From the NCBI RefSeq assembly GCF_965363235.1, contig NC_134847.1:70173664-70237663 (forward strand): 64,000 nt of DNA, written 5' to 3'. The DNA comes from Mytilus galloprovincialis (taxonomy: Eukaryota). A program made the translations under genes and the position numbers. Shown one piece after another: positions 1 to 11,519 of the stretch. Within the stretch, counting starts at the first letter, position 1. Every line of letters begins with the position of its first letter. The notes under the pieces were generated by a model, which saw only the letters and a list, made by a program, of their open reading frames with translations, was not told the origin of the DNA and searched no databases.

Positions 1-1728
1 TGATGTGTTTGTTGAGACATTGCTTGTTGCATGGACATTGATCCTCAAGGCATCTGGAAGGTGATGTGTTTGTTGAGGCATTGCTTGTTGCATGGGCATA
101 TATCCTCAAGGCATCTGGAAGGTGATGTCTTTGTTGAGGCATTGCTTGTTGCATTGGCATAGATTCTCAAGGCATCTGGGAGATAATGTGTTTGTTGAGG
201 CATTGCTTGTTGCATGGGCATAGATCCTCAAGGCATCAGGAAGGTTATGTGTTTGTTGAGGCATTGCTTGCTGCTTTGGCATAGATCCTCAAGGCATCTG
301 GAAGGTGATGTGTTTGTTGAGGCATTGCTTGTTGCATGGACATTGATCCTCAAGGCATCAGGAAGGTAATATCTTTGTTGGGGCATTGCTTGTTGCAAAG
401 GCATTAATCCTCAAGGCATCAGGAAGGTAATGTCTTTGTTGAGGCATTGCTTGCTGCTTTGGCATAGATCCTAAAGGCATCTGGAAGGTGATGTCTTTGT
501 TGAGGCATTGCTTGCTGCTTGGGCATAGATCCTCAAGGCATCGGGAAGGTAATGTGTTTGTTGAGGCATTGCTTATTGCATGGGCATAGATTCTCAAGGC
601 ATCGGGAAGGTAATGTCTTTGTTGAGGCATTGCTTGTTGCATGGGCATTGATCCTCAAGGCATCAGGAAGGTGATGTCTTTGTTGAGGCATTGCTTGCTG
701 CTTGGGCATAGATCCTCAAGGCATCGGGAAGGTGATGTGTTTGTTGAGGCATTGCTTGTTGCATGGACATTGATCCTCAAGGCATCAGGCAGGTGATGTC
801 TTTGTTGAGGCATTGCTTGTTGCTTGGGCATAGATCTTCAAGGCATCAGGAAGTTGATGTGTTTGTTGAGGCATTGCTTATTGCATGGACATAGATCCTC
901 AAGGCATTGGAAAGGTAATGTCTTTGTTGAGGCATTGCTTGTTGCATGGGCATAGATCCTCAAGGCATCAGGAAGGTGATGTCTTTGTTAGGCATTGCTT
1001 GTTGCATGGGCATAGATCCTCAAGGCATCTGGAAGGTGATGTCTTTGTTGAGGCATTGCTTGTTGCATGGGCATAGATCCTCAAGGCATCTGGAAGGTGA
1101 TGTGTTTGCTGGAAGGTGATGTGTTTGCTGGAAGGTGATGTGTTTGTTGAGGCATTGCTTACCATGGGCATAGTTTCACAAGGCATCTAGAAGGTGATGT
1201 CTTTGTTGAGGCATTGCTTATTGCATGGACATAGATCCTCAAGGCATCTGGACGTTAATGTGTTTGTTGAGGCATTAATTATTGCATGGACATAGATCCT
1301 CAAGGCATCTGGAAGTTGATGTCTTTGTTGAGGCATTACTTATTGCATGGACATAGATCCTCAAGGCATCTGGACGTTAATGTGTTTGTTGAGGCATTAA
1401 TTATTGCATGGACATAGATCCTCAAGGAATCTGGAAGTTGATGTGTTTGTTGAGGCATTACTTATTGCATGGACATAGATCCTCAAGGCATCTGGAAGTT
1501 GATGTCTTTGTTGAGGCATTACTTATTGCATGGGCATAGATCCTCAAGGCATCTGGAAGTTGATGTCTTTGTTGAGGCATTGCTTATTGCATGGGCATAG
1601 ATCCTCAACGCATCAGGAAGGTGATGTCTTTGTTGAGGCATTGCTGTTTGCATGGGCATAGATGCTCAAGGCATCAGGAAGGTGATGTGTTTGTTGAGGC
1701 ATTGCTTATTGCATGGACATAGATCCTT
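1..1728. repeat. Satellite array with a 61-bp unit (tgatgtgtttgttgaggcattgcttgttgcatggacattgatcctcaaggcatctggaagg), about 28 copies; it runs off the left edge of the window
   Basis: Unit starts at 62, 123 and onward, giving a 61-bp period. Short 21-bp sub-duplications occur at about 1100-1140. ORFs 358..648, 885..1076 and 968..1186 are artefacts of the repeat. Confidence 0.92.
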
Positions 1729-1843
1729 AATGAAAAATCTGGTTATTTTTTTCAATGAAACTTGAAAGATAGGAAATTTGATGGATAAATAAGAAAGTAA
1801 GTTGTGGAGTGAACTGATAGAATTATTTATTATATATTTTCAG

Positions 1844-1933
1844 AGTTTAGAATCTGATGGTCGAAAACAAGCAGCGAACAAAAAAGCTATGAGAATTTTA
1901 GCCGATGACTCAAGTTACTCAAGCGACTCCAGT
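1844..1933 (+). CDS. Candidate coding exon, phase 0 to 0, encoding SLESDGRKQAANKKAMRILADDSSYSSDSS
   Basis: Acceptor ttttcag at 1843, open frame of 30 codons, donor AGT|GTAAGT at 1934. Confidence 0.3.
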
Positions 1934-2888
1934 GTAAGTACAGTGTAAAAGTTTTTGTCTAGAAGTCCCCCTTTTTTTCAAGAACCCCCAGTGTTTATAC
2001 AGTATAATCAGAGCTAAGCAGATAAGAATTAGGCAGGAGGAATCAATTCCATTTAACTTTAGACTTGAGTTTCCTAATAAAGTTGACCCTTAATTGATCC
2101 CATTTGATGATCCCTTTATTAGGGGAGTTATATGACTTTTACCATATTATGACTATGGTATCACATAGACACAGTATGGAACACAATTTAATAGATTAGG
2201 AAGATGTGGTATGATTGCCAATGAGACAACTCTCTATTCAAGTCACATTTTATAAAAGTAAATCATTATAGGTCAAGATACAGTCTTCAACAGGAAGAGG
2301 GAGCCTTGTTCACACGGAGCAGGAAGATATAAAGGGCTCCAAAACACAATACATAACAGAGGATATTTCGCTAGGATGTAGCAATCTTGTTTAACTTGTT
2401 ATGCTTATGTTTGTGGAAAAACAGATGTGAAAGTCAATGACTTTTGATTTGCTGACATTTTCTGAAATGTTTATCAAAAGAGATAATTGCTTGTGTACTT
2501 TTTTGAAAGCTATATGATTTAAACAAACCATTGGAGAATACAACTCAATCTAAAGAATCAAAACTGGTTAGTTTTACTGAAGGATCATCATATCAAGAAA
2601 AGAACAAAACTATGTTTGTTTTTTTTTTAAATTTCACTACATGTATACAGTGAACATTATGTACTATGTTATAAGATACCTTCTTTCTCGAAATTTTTGT
2701 ACTTATAAACACTTATCAGTGGATTCATTTAGGCCCCTCCATTCAGTCATACTTTCAACCAGAGTTCAGATTTTCAATAATTTTAGTAAAAATTCTATCT
2801 TTTTGACCTATTCTCACCAATTACGTTATGTAAGGAATAAACATCATAAACTAAAAAATAATTTTTATTTTTACATTAAATGTCACAG

Positions 2889-2973
2889 GAAGAAGAAAAT
2901 GATATGTTTCCGCCCATGAATACGACAAGAGGTTCAAAACTAAAAGTTTTTGACACTTCTACTGAAAGAATAG
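2889..2973 (+). CDS. Candidate coding exon, phase 0 to 1, encoding EEENDMFPPMNTTRGSKLKVFDTSTERI
   Basis: Acceptor tgtcacag at 2888, open frame, donor ATAG|GTAAAA at 2974. Confidence 0.3.
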
Positions 2974-3520
2974 GTAAAAATAGTCTTTTTCATGTTTAAC
3001 ATATCAAATATTTTATTGCTTCATTCATTGTATTGAATTTTTGTCTTTTTCAGAAAAGTATACACAATTTCAATGATAGCATCATACTTAAGCTAAGACT
3101 CAATCATACCCAAACAATAATAATACAACAACTCCTTTTGTTGTCACTGATGAACAACAGTCTTACAACTGTTCCCTTGTTTTGTTACTTTATTTAGATT
3201 AATACAAACTTGTGATATTATTTGTCCATGTGACCACCTACAACAACTTTTCAGTATCTTCTGTTTTAACAATTATATTTGTGATTTGCACAAATTTTGT
3301 CAATTAATTCTTACCTCCATCTTTTAGAAAGTTTGCAACTCTCTATGCAGATTGTTATTTGACTTTTGACAAGTAATGGAGATAGCGAATGTTGGCCATT
3401 AGTGCTTGGTGTTTTTAAAATTCTAGTTGTTACAAATACACACTATATAAATAATAATTATATTTTACTAATTTGCTAACAATTCTAAAGTACACCTTTA
3501 AATTCTCACCACAATGACAA

Positions 3521-3725
3521 CTGTAAATTCAGAAACTATTGCATGCATTTATTATTGCGATTTTGCCACTTTAGAATAAAATGCAATTTTAAAATTAATG
3601 CAATATTGAGACAAATTTGTTAATTCATATACAAAATTTCAAAATGCGAGTTTAAGCTATTGCGATATGACCCTGCCGCATTTTTCGCGATAATAAAAAC
3701 ATTGCAATAATTTCTGAATTTACAG
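3521..3725. mobile_element. MITE-like element of about 205 bp with roughly 25-bp terminal inverted repeats
   Basis: 3521-3545 ctgtaaattcagaaactattgcatg is the reverse complement of 3701-3725 cattgcaataatttctgaatttacag with one mismatch. Confidence 0.45.
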
Positions 3726-5272
3726 TATCATATAAATAATTATGGGTAAACAAAAATGAAAGGTGAATTATATTTGATTAAATGCAGAGAAGTTTGTCAT
3801 TCACCTTAATTCATAGAAACATATATTTCACTGTAGTGGCTGGCATGTAAAGTTATAAAGTACACAAAGTTGCTGTGAAAGATACATTTATATCAGAATC
3901 ATACAGATATAAAGGCTTTTTGTTCAATTGACCATGCAAGTCCGTCATGAGTAGTTAAGGTCATTAAAATGAAGCCTTGTCCTTGTGTGCGCTATCTTTC
4001 TGCACAAGAGCTTTCCTTGGTGTCTTCCGCGAATGCCAACATTTTATATGTTACCTATTCCTTGAATGCCAACAAAAATATTTCAATAGATGTTTATATA
4101 ATAACAATTGGTGTTTTTATAAGTATTTAACTGTTAAAAATAGTTTTTACTTTATAGAAATGCAACATTTTATCACTTTCTCATAAGGAAAAATAGTAGA
4201 TTTTAGGGGTAAAATTATTATGAATTTTCAAGAAATAAAAAAAATTAAAACGTTTTATTACTTTTTAACAAAAGAAATGTTTGGAAGGAATATGTTAATA
4301 ACGTAAGAAATATTAAAAATTTTAATGAAATTTTAGTTTAATACAATTATTTCAAACTAAATAAAGGATATAAGAGATTTTTTTAGTTTCATATCAATTA
4401 ATATTATTTAATAAGTTAATATAAACTTATATGAAGATTTCAGTTGTACAATTAATTAAATTAAAAGAAAAATCAAGTTAATTTAATAACATCTTAGCTG
4501 GAAACTCTACAAAAGTTTCAAGAAAATTCATGAAATATGGCAACAAGAATTCAGATGAGTTGCGAACATGACAAACAACTAAACGATGTTATTTTACGAA
4601 TCACTTACAATAAAAAAAAAAAGGGGGTGTAATTGTATAACCAAGAAAAATATCCTGAACAAACTGAAATAAACAAAATAGTAATCTAAGACGAGATACA
4701 AAGTTTCAAGAAATTTAATCTGTGATATGGTAGGATATTACAGCACACACAACTATAGAAATATTGGAAAAAAACCTTCAAAGTCCAAAGAGTCTATTGT
4801 AGAATTTGTGCAAACTGGAACTCCTGTCCTGACAATATGCACATATTGACTTTGTGATGCAAAACTTTTGAAAGTTTAATTTTAAGAGAATCCATATTTG
4901 TTCAAGTAGGAGCAGCAAAATACGATTTTTTTACAACTTAACAAATATGAACTAGATTTAGCTACATATATTTACCTATCTGTTTAATTAGTATGATTGT
5001 TTTGATAAGCATGCACTATTGTTGTGATAACTACTTGCACCTATTCCTTGACCGCCAACATAATTTTACAGGTAAATTGTTGGTAGAACAAAGGATGTAG
5101 GCATTCAAGGAATAAACCCTTTCCTTGACCAAACATTTTTGCACATGAGCTTTCCTTGACAGATTATCTCCTGCATGATAGCTTTACTTGTCTGAATTCT
5201 TTCTGCACAATCCCTTCCGTTGACAGAAATCTCCTCCATTATTTGAATTTTCCTGGGATATACACGAGGTAT

Positions 5273-5911
5273 AATGTAACGGTACCCAAATTGCACCGAG
5301 TACCCAAATTGCACATATTTAGCAAAAATAGCAGCGGACATCTTACAAGATTTCCTAGAGACTACACAATTTGTATTTTTATGATTTGATACTATGCACA
5401 TCTTTCAACATAGGTAAAAATATTTAGATATGCACAAAACGTTCATAGTATTTATCAATAGATGAAGTGTTTACTGAAAAAGCGAAATGTACTGAAACGT
5501 CGCTATGCAACGTCATCAAAACGTCATCTTTTTAAAATGATCAAATACAATATGTTACAAGTATCCATTTAAAAAAAAAATGACGAGTAAGCATGGACTA
5601 ATATCCAATTGTTCAAAATATTTGAAGAAATTAAACAAAAGCTCTGTTATTAGACTTTTGACGATGTGAATTTAAGCATGGATGCAATTTGGGTACTCCT
5701 CATTTCAGAATAATTGATGGTTTGAAGGTCAGTTTAGACCAATTTTTGTATAATTCCATATGGATTATAAATCAAATTGGTATACCTATATAATAAAGAA
5801 GGATACGGCTACAAAATAAAAACAGAATGGACATTTTTGTCTTTATCATAAAAAAACGTAGGTGAAAAAACTGTCAAAATAGGTGCAATTTGGGTACCGT
5901 CACGTTACATT
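5273..5911. mobile_element. Candidate non-autonomous TIR element of about 640 bp
   Basis: 5273-5297 aatgtaacggtacccaaattgcacc pairs with 5882-5911 ggtgcaatttgggtaccgtcacgttacatt. The internal motif ggtacccaaattgcac recurs at 5303 and, inverted, at 5686. Confidence 0.4.
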
Positions 5912-6190
5912 GTTTATACCATACACTTATATCAACAGTGCAAAGAGGATGCTACAGTATGAACAAGCATAGTTCTAATTCAGTCATTAGAGACAGTGTA
6001 AAACAGTAAGTTGATGTAGATTGATATTTCTTTTACAAGTTCTCCTAAAGCTTAACAGACCTTGCATGGAAAAAAAAGTTAAATGAGTCATTTTAATTTT
6101 GGAAAAAATATGCAGGAATTTATTATTTTTATATTTAAAGTGTATCTGATACCATTTGTAATGAAAAAAATAAAACAATATATTTATAGT

Positions 6191-6413
6191 GGGTCTCATT
6201 GGGGTCTAAGCCTGACGCGGGATTGCCCATTTTTTGTAAGCGTGACACGTGAAAGTCAAATTATTGTGGCGTGAAAACGGGAAATGAGGTTTTGCGGGAC
6301 CCGGGAAATGACAAAAAAATGAGAATTGCTTACGTACATAGTGTAAGCGGGATACGGGAATCTGACAAAACAGTAAGCGGGATCCGGGATCGGAACCCCC
6401 CAATGAGACCCCC
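6191..6413. mobile_element. MITE of 223 bp with a perfect 14-bp TIR GGGTCTCATTGGGG and a putative 8-bp target-site duplication (hAT-like)
   Basis: 6191 gggtctcattgggg pairs with 6400-6413 ccccaatgagaccc. The flanks tttatagt (6183-6190) and tttatatg (6414-6421) match at 7 of 8 positions. Confidence 0.55.
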
Positions 6414-6651
6414 TTTATATGCTGCTTCTTTCAAAATACTAAGAAGGCCAATGTATGCAATGCACTTGACCCATAATATATGAAATAGTGCCATAGATTG
6501 GGTGACACAAAACTTATTTTAAGTCTTTGACAGTTATGTCAATAGATGTGTTTCTTTACAATATTTTCAGCTCTTGAACAGTCAGTGTCTATAAAGTTAC
6601 AAATAAAAGCTTGTTTATATGCCTTTTCTCATCTGATGATTAAATTTTCAG

Positions 6652-7283
6652 AGGAGAGAATATAGGGATAGAATCTGTCCAGGCTGCTGTGAAATCCTAC
6701 AAAGTAAGCACTACTAGTAATGGGAGAATTGATACGGAAACAGATAGGAATAAAGATAGAAATTTCTCATCCTTTTCACCTCCTTCATTTGGATCTAATG
6801 AAGAGCAGAGATATAGAAAAAATATAAAGGAGGAAGAAAGAAGGCAAGAGGAACAAAAAAGAATGATTTATCACAGTACCAAGGAAGACAGAGGAAGGGA
6901 TGATGAAAAGAAAAAGAGAACATTAAATAAAGAAGGGTTGAAGGAGCAGAGGTGTGAAAGAAAAAGGCAGGATGATGAAGCCAGATGGAGAGAAGAAATA
7001 AGGCAAGAGGAACAAAAACGAATTATTGATCACAGTACTATGGAAGACAGAGGAAGGGAAGATGAAAAGCGTTCTGAAAAGAAAAGGAGAACGTTAGATC
7101 AAGAAGGGTTGGAGAGACAACAGTGTGAAAGAAGAAGACAGGCTAATGAATCCAGGTGGAGAGAAGAAATAAGGCAATTGGAACTAGAAAATAAACAGAA
7201 ACTAGAAGAAAATGAAAGAGAGAGAGAAAAGATAAGAAATGAAAGAAGAGCTGCTTTCGTTGAAAGAAAAACAAAAAGAAATG
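6652..7283 (+). CDS. Candidate exon ending in phase 1, encoding a Glu/Arg/Lys-rich charged-repeat region with an internal repeat of about 55 aa (…EERRQEEQKRMIYHSTKEDRGRDDEKKKRTLNKEGLKEQRCERKRQ…)
   Basis: Acceptor ttttcag at 6651 and only one open frame (ORF 6689..7369). The donor ATG|GTATGAG at 7284 leaves a 1-nt overhang that completes an Ala codon with the first two bases of the 8041 exon. The sequence is purine-rich and low-complexity, so the open frame may be compositional. Confidence 0.3.
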
Positions 7284-8040
7284 GTATGAGTGAATTAAGT
7301 ATATATATTTTAAGTATTCCAAATATTGGAAATTTTTCAAATGGTCAGTTCATTGTGTGTTTAAATTAGTGGAAGCTGTTTTTACCATTGAATGATACAT
7401 GCATTTGTATGTGGAAAATTTTATGTCTTAGTATAGATGAGAGTACAGAAGGAAACTTTAGAATTTTCAATCAGCCATCACCTTGAACAAACTGTTGTGA
7501 TCAAATTGCAATTGTTTTCCATTCAGAAGTTTAGGCCCTTAAAGAAAGAATTTGTTGTAATTCAAAATTTATTTGCTTAGTTTCAAATGAGAGGTAGATT
7601 ATACCAATTGCAATTGATTTCAAAACTGATGACACCATGGCAAAAACAAAAAGGACCTAAAGACAGATAACAGTCTACAAAACTCACAAAAAAGAAAACC
7701 AAAACAAAAATCTTCCTTTTGTGAGGCCATAGAAAAAGATATCTTCTATTATGCTTTCTCTACCATTTCTTTGTTTTGGGAAGCTACCCTAAAGATTGGG
7801 GGTATATTTGAATGAGTGCTATTAAAATGACAATATGTACTCTATGTATTCAATACAAAAAAAATGCCCTAATTTTTTATCTTATGTAACAGGACCCACA
7901 AATATCATTTCAATTGGCCTAAAGCAAAATGTTATACCACAAACAACAACAATACTTTATTTTAATGATCACTTTTAATTTTGTAACCAGTAGTATTGAT
8001 TGTAAAATTAAGTCCTCTCATTTTATGTTGTATATTATAG

Positions 8041-8442
8041 CTGAACAGGCAGCCAGGTCACCAGTTTACAGAAGAGAAAAAATACAAGACTTACTATTGT
8101 TAGATGTCACACCACTGTCGCTTGGTATAGAAACAGGCAATTGTCACATGACACCTGTTATCAAACGTAATACAACAGTTCCTACTAGAAAGAGTCAGAC
8201 GTTCACTACTTCAGAGGACTACCAGATCAGTGTGTTAATTCAGGTTTATGAAGGGGAGAGAACTTTGACCAAGAACAATAACTCTCTGGGAAAATTTGTT
8301 CTGACTGGAATACCTGCTGCACCGAAAGGGGTACCTCAGATTGTTGTCACCTTTGATATTGATGCCAATGGTATTTTGACAATTTCTGCAGAAGATACAC
8401 TTACTGGAAAGAGGAATAGCCTTACCATTACCAATGACAAAG
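8041..8442 (+). CDS. HSP70-family exon, copy 1: the C-terminal end of the nucleotide-binding domain ('QAA'), the linker DLLLLDV, and the substrate-binding beta domain through ITNDKG
   Basis: Translation (A)[134 protein letters not shown] aligns with canonical HSP70 (…[38 protein letters not shown]…[11 protein letters not shown]…ITNDKGRLS). Acceptor tattatag at 8040 and donor AAAG|GTAGGG at 8443, phase 1 to 1. No nucleotide-binding-domain exon lies upstream in the window. Confidence 0.7.
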
Positions 8443-8924
8443 GTAGGGATTTTTATGCCCCACCTACAATAGTAGGGGCATTATGTTTTCTGGTCTGTGC
8501 ATTCATTCGTCTGTCTGTCCCACTTCAGGTTAAAGAGTTTGGTCAAGTTGACGTCCAATCAACTTGAAACTTTGTACACATGTTTCCTATGTACAATGGT
8601 ATCTTTCTACTTTTAATGCCAAATTAGATTTGTGACCACAATTTCAAGGTCCACTGAACATTGAAAATGATAGTGCGAGTGGGGCATCCGTGTACTATGG
8701 ACACATTCTTGTTAATGATTAGTTGACTACAAATGCCAAAAAATACAGCATTACTGTTTGTTTTGCAGTTCTTCATCTTTTTGTCATTATATAATCCTAA
8801 AATATCAATTATAACTTTATCATAATAACAAAAGAATCTTTAATAGTGAGGAAATTGGGAATATATTGCAATGAAAATTACTGTTGATGTTGATTTTTTT
8901 ATTTTTATTAACTTTGTTCTTTAG

Positions 8925-9458
8925 GTCGTTTGGGGTCAAAAGAAATAGATAAAATGGTCAATGAAGCAGAGAAATTCAAGGCTGAGGATGAACAACAGGA
9001 AAATTGTATGTCTACAAAGAATGCTTTGAAAGGCTATGCACTTAACATGGTATCAGCAATTGATTTTGAAAAACATGAAGTTTACAGAATCGAAAAAATA
9101 CAAGACCTACTTTTGATAGATGTCACTCCAATATCTCTTGGTATAGAAACAGTCTGTGGTCATATGACACCTGTTATCAAACGTAATACAACAGTTCCTA
9201 CTAGAAAGAGCCAGACGTTCACTACTTCAGAGGACTACCAGATCAGTGTGTTTATTCAGGTTTATGAAGGGGAGAGAACTTTGGCCAAGAACAATAACTC
9301 TCTGGGAACATTTGTTCTGACTGGAATACCTGCTGCACCAAAAGGGGTACCTCAGATTGTTGTCACCTTTGATATTGATGCCAATGGTATTTTGACAATT
9401 TCTGTAGAAGATAAGATTACTGGAAAGAGAAATAGTTTTAAAATTACCAATGACAAAG
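8925..9458 (+). CDS. HSP70-family fused exon: the start of the lid ([25 protein letters not shown]…AIDFEK) joined in frame to a second copy of the substrate-binding beta domain (…[42 protein letters not shown]…ITNDKG)
   Basis: Acceptor ttctttag at 8924, a continuous open frame of 534 nt, and donor AAAG|GTAAGG at 9459, phase 1 to 1. The second domain is about 90% identical in nucleotides to 8060-8442. The LRG|gt donor present in the 11364 copy is absent, so lid and domain are fused. Confidence 0.6.
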
Positions 9459-9628
9459 GTAAGGATTTTTAATTATTAGTTGACCACAAATGTCAAAAAT
9501 TGTCATACAGTTCTTAATCTTTTTGTCATTATATAATCCTAATATATCAATTTTAACTCTATCATAATAACAAAAGAATAATGAGAAAATTCAGAATATA
9601 TTACAATAAAATTTACTGCTGATTTTTT

Positions 9629-11342
9629 TATACGACAGCAAAAAATGAAATTTTTTTGGTGTATATTGGTATCAGGTTGGCGTCGTCGTCATCGTCCGAA
9701 GACATTTGGTTTTCACACTCTAACTTTAGTAAAAGTAAATAGAAATCTATGAAATTTAAACACAAGGTTTATGACTATAAAAGGAAGGTTGGGATTGATT
9801 TTGGGTGTTTTGGTTCCAACAGGTTAAGAATTAAGGGCCAAAAAGGGCCCAAATAAGCATTTTCTTGGTTTTCGCACAATAACTTAAGTATAAGTAAACA
9901 GAAATCTATGAAATTTTAACATAAGGTCTATGAACACAAAAGGAAGGTTGGGATTGATTTTGGGAGTTTTGGTCCCAACGAATTAGGGGCCAAAAGGGTC
10001 CAAGATTAAACCTTGTTTGATTTCATCAAAAAATGAATTATTAGGGTTGTTTGATATATGCCAAATCTAACCGTGCATTCAGATTCTTAATTTTTGGTCC
10101 TGTTTTCAAATTGGTCTCTCACAAACATGTTTAACCCCGCCGCATTTTTGCGCCTGTCCCAAGTCAGGAGCTTCTGGCCTTTGTTAGTCTTGTATCATTT
10201 TAACTTTTAGTTTCTTGTGTACAATTTGGAGTTTAGTATGGCGTTCATTATCACTGAACTATTATATATTTGTTTAGTGGCCAGCTGAAGGACACCTCCG
10301 GGTGCGGGAATTTCTCCTTGCATTGAAGACCTGTTGGTGACCTTCTTCTGTTGTCTGCTCTGTGGTTGGGTTGTTGTCTCTTTGGCACATTCCCCATTTC
10401 CATTCTCAATTTTATCTACATTTAGGTCCAAAGGGTCCAAAATTAAACTTAGCTTGATTTTAACAAAAATTGAATTCTTGGGGTTCTTTGATATGCTGAA
10501 TCTAAACATGTACTTAGATTTTTGATTATGGGCCCAGTTTTCAAGTTGGTCAAAATCGGGGTCCAAAATTATTATATTAAGTATTGTGCAATAGCAAGTC
10601 TTTTCAATTGCGCAATGGCAAGAAATATCTAATTGCACAGTATTGTGCAATAGCAAGAAATTTTCAATTGCACAGTTGTTGGAAATCATGCACTGAAGAG
10701 AACAGTATTATGCAATAGCAAGAAATCTTCAATTGCACAGTACTGCGCAATAGCAAGAAATATCTCATTGCACAATATTGCGCAATAGCAAGAAATTTTC
10801 AATTGCACAGTTTTGGGCGATAGCAAGAAATATTCAATTGCACAGTATTGTCCTGTTTTCAAATTGGTCTACATTAAGGTCCAAAGGGTCAAAAATTAAA
10901 CTTTGTTTGATTTCAACAAAAATTGAATATATGGGGTTCTTCAATATGCTGAATCTAACCATGTATTTAGATTTTTAATATTTGGGCCCGGTTATCAAAT
11001 TGGTCCATATTGAGGTCTAAAGGGTCTAAAATTGAACATTATTTGATTTCATCAAAAATTGAATTCTTGGGGTTCTATGATATACTGAGTCTAACCATGT
11101 ATTTAGATTTTGGATATTGGACCATAATAGGTAAATGTCCAATTTGAAATTTTTAAGTTTTTAAGTTTAAGTTCTTAGACCACATTCATTCTGTGTCAGA
11201 AACCTATGTTGTGTCAACTATTTAATCACAATCCAAATTCAGAGCTATATCAAGCTTAAATGTTGTGTCCATACTTGCCCCAACTGTTCAGGGTTCGAAC
11301 TCTGCGGTCGTATAAAGCTGTACCCTGCGGAGCATCTGGTTC
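9629..11342. mobile_element. Composite non-autonomous element of about 1.7 kb. It has a terminal hairpin tatacgacagc…, a CGT microsatellite, about 160-bp A-repeats, about 85-bp B-repeats (ggtccaaagggtccaaaattaaac…gatatgctgaatctaac…), about 36-bp C-repeats (gtattgtgcaatagcaagaaattttcaattgcacag), and a conserved tail …ccccaactgttcagggttcgaactctgcggtcgtataaagctgtaccctgcggagcatctggtt
   Basis: It lies in the intron of the second HSP70 duplicate. The matching intron of the first duplicate (8880-8924) lacks it, which gives an empty-site comparison. The right end carries TGCGGTCGTATA, the reverse complement of the left-end TATACGACCGCA. A 280-bp SINE-like element is nested at about 10120-10400. The minus-strand ORF 10207..10689 is spurious. 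Confidence 0.75.
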
Positions 11343-11363
11343 AATTTTAACTTTGTTCTTTAG

Positions 11364-11519
11364 GTCGTTTGGGGTCAAAAGAAATTGATCAAATGGTCAC
11401 TGAAGCATACAAATATCAGGCTGAGAATAAACAACATAGAAAATGTATTTCTGCAAAGAATGCTTTGAAAGGCTATACACTTAACATGGTATCAGCAATT
11501 GAATTTGAAAAACTCAGAG
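11364..11519 (+). CDS. HSP70-family lid exon, copy 2 ([52 protein letters not shown])
   Basis: Acceptor ttctttag at 11363 and donor AGAG|GTAAAT at 11520, phase 1 to 1. It is a paralogue of 8925-9082. Confidence 0.6.

Noticed and set aside
358-1186. ORFs 358..648 (-), 885..1076 (+) and 968..1186 (-)
   Set aside because: Artefacts of the 61-bp satellite; the translated periodicity equals the repeat unit.
6689-7369. The Glu/Arg/Lys-rich ORF as a confidently annotated protein-coding gene
   Set aside because: Kept only as a low-confidence exon. The region is purine-rich and low-complexity, and such stretches stay open by composition alone. The splice sites and phase compatibility with the HSP70-like exon are suggestive but not decisive.
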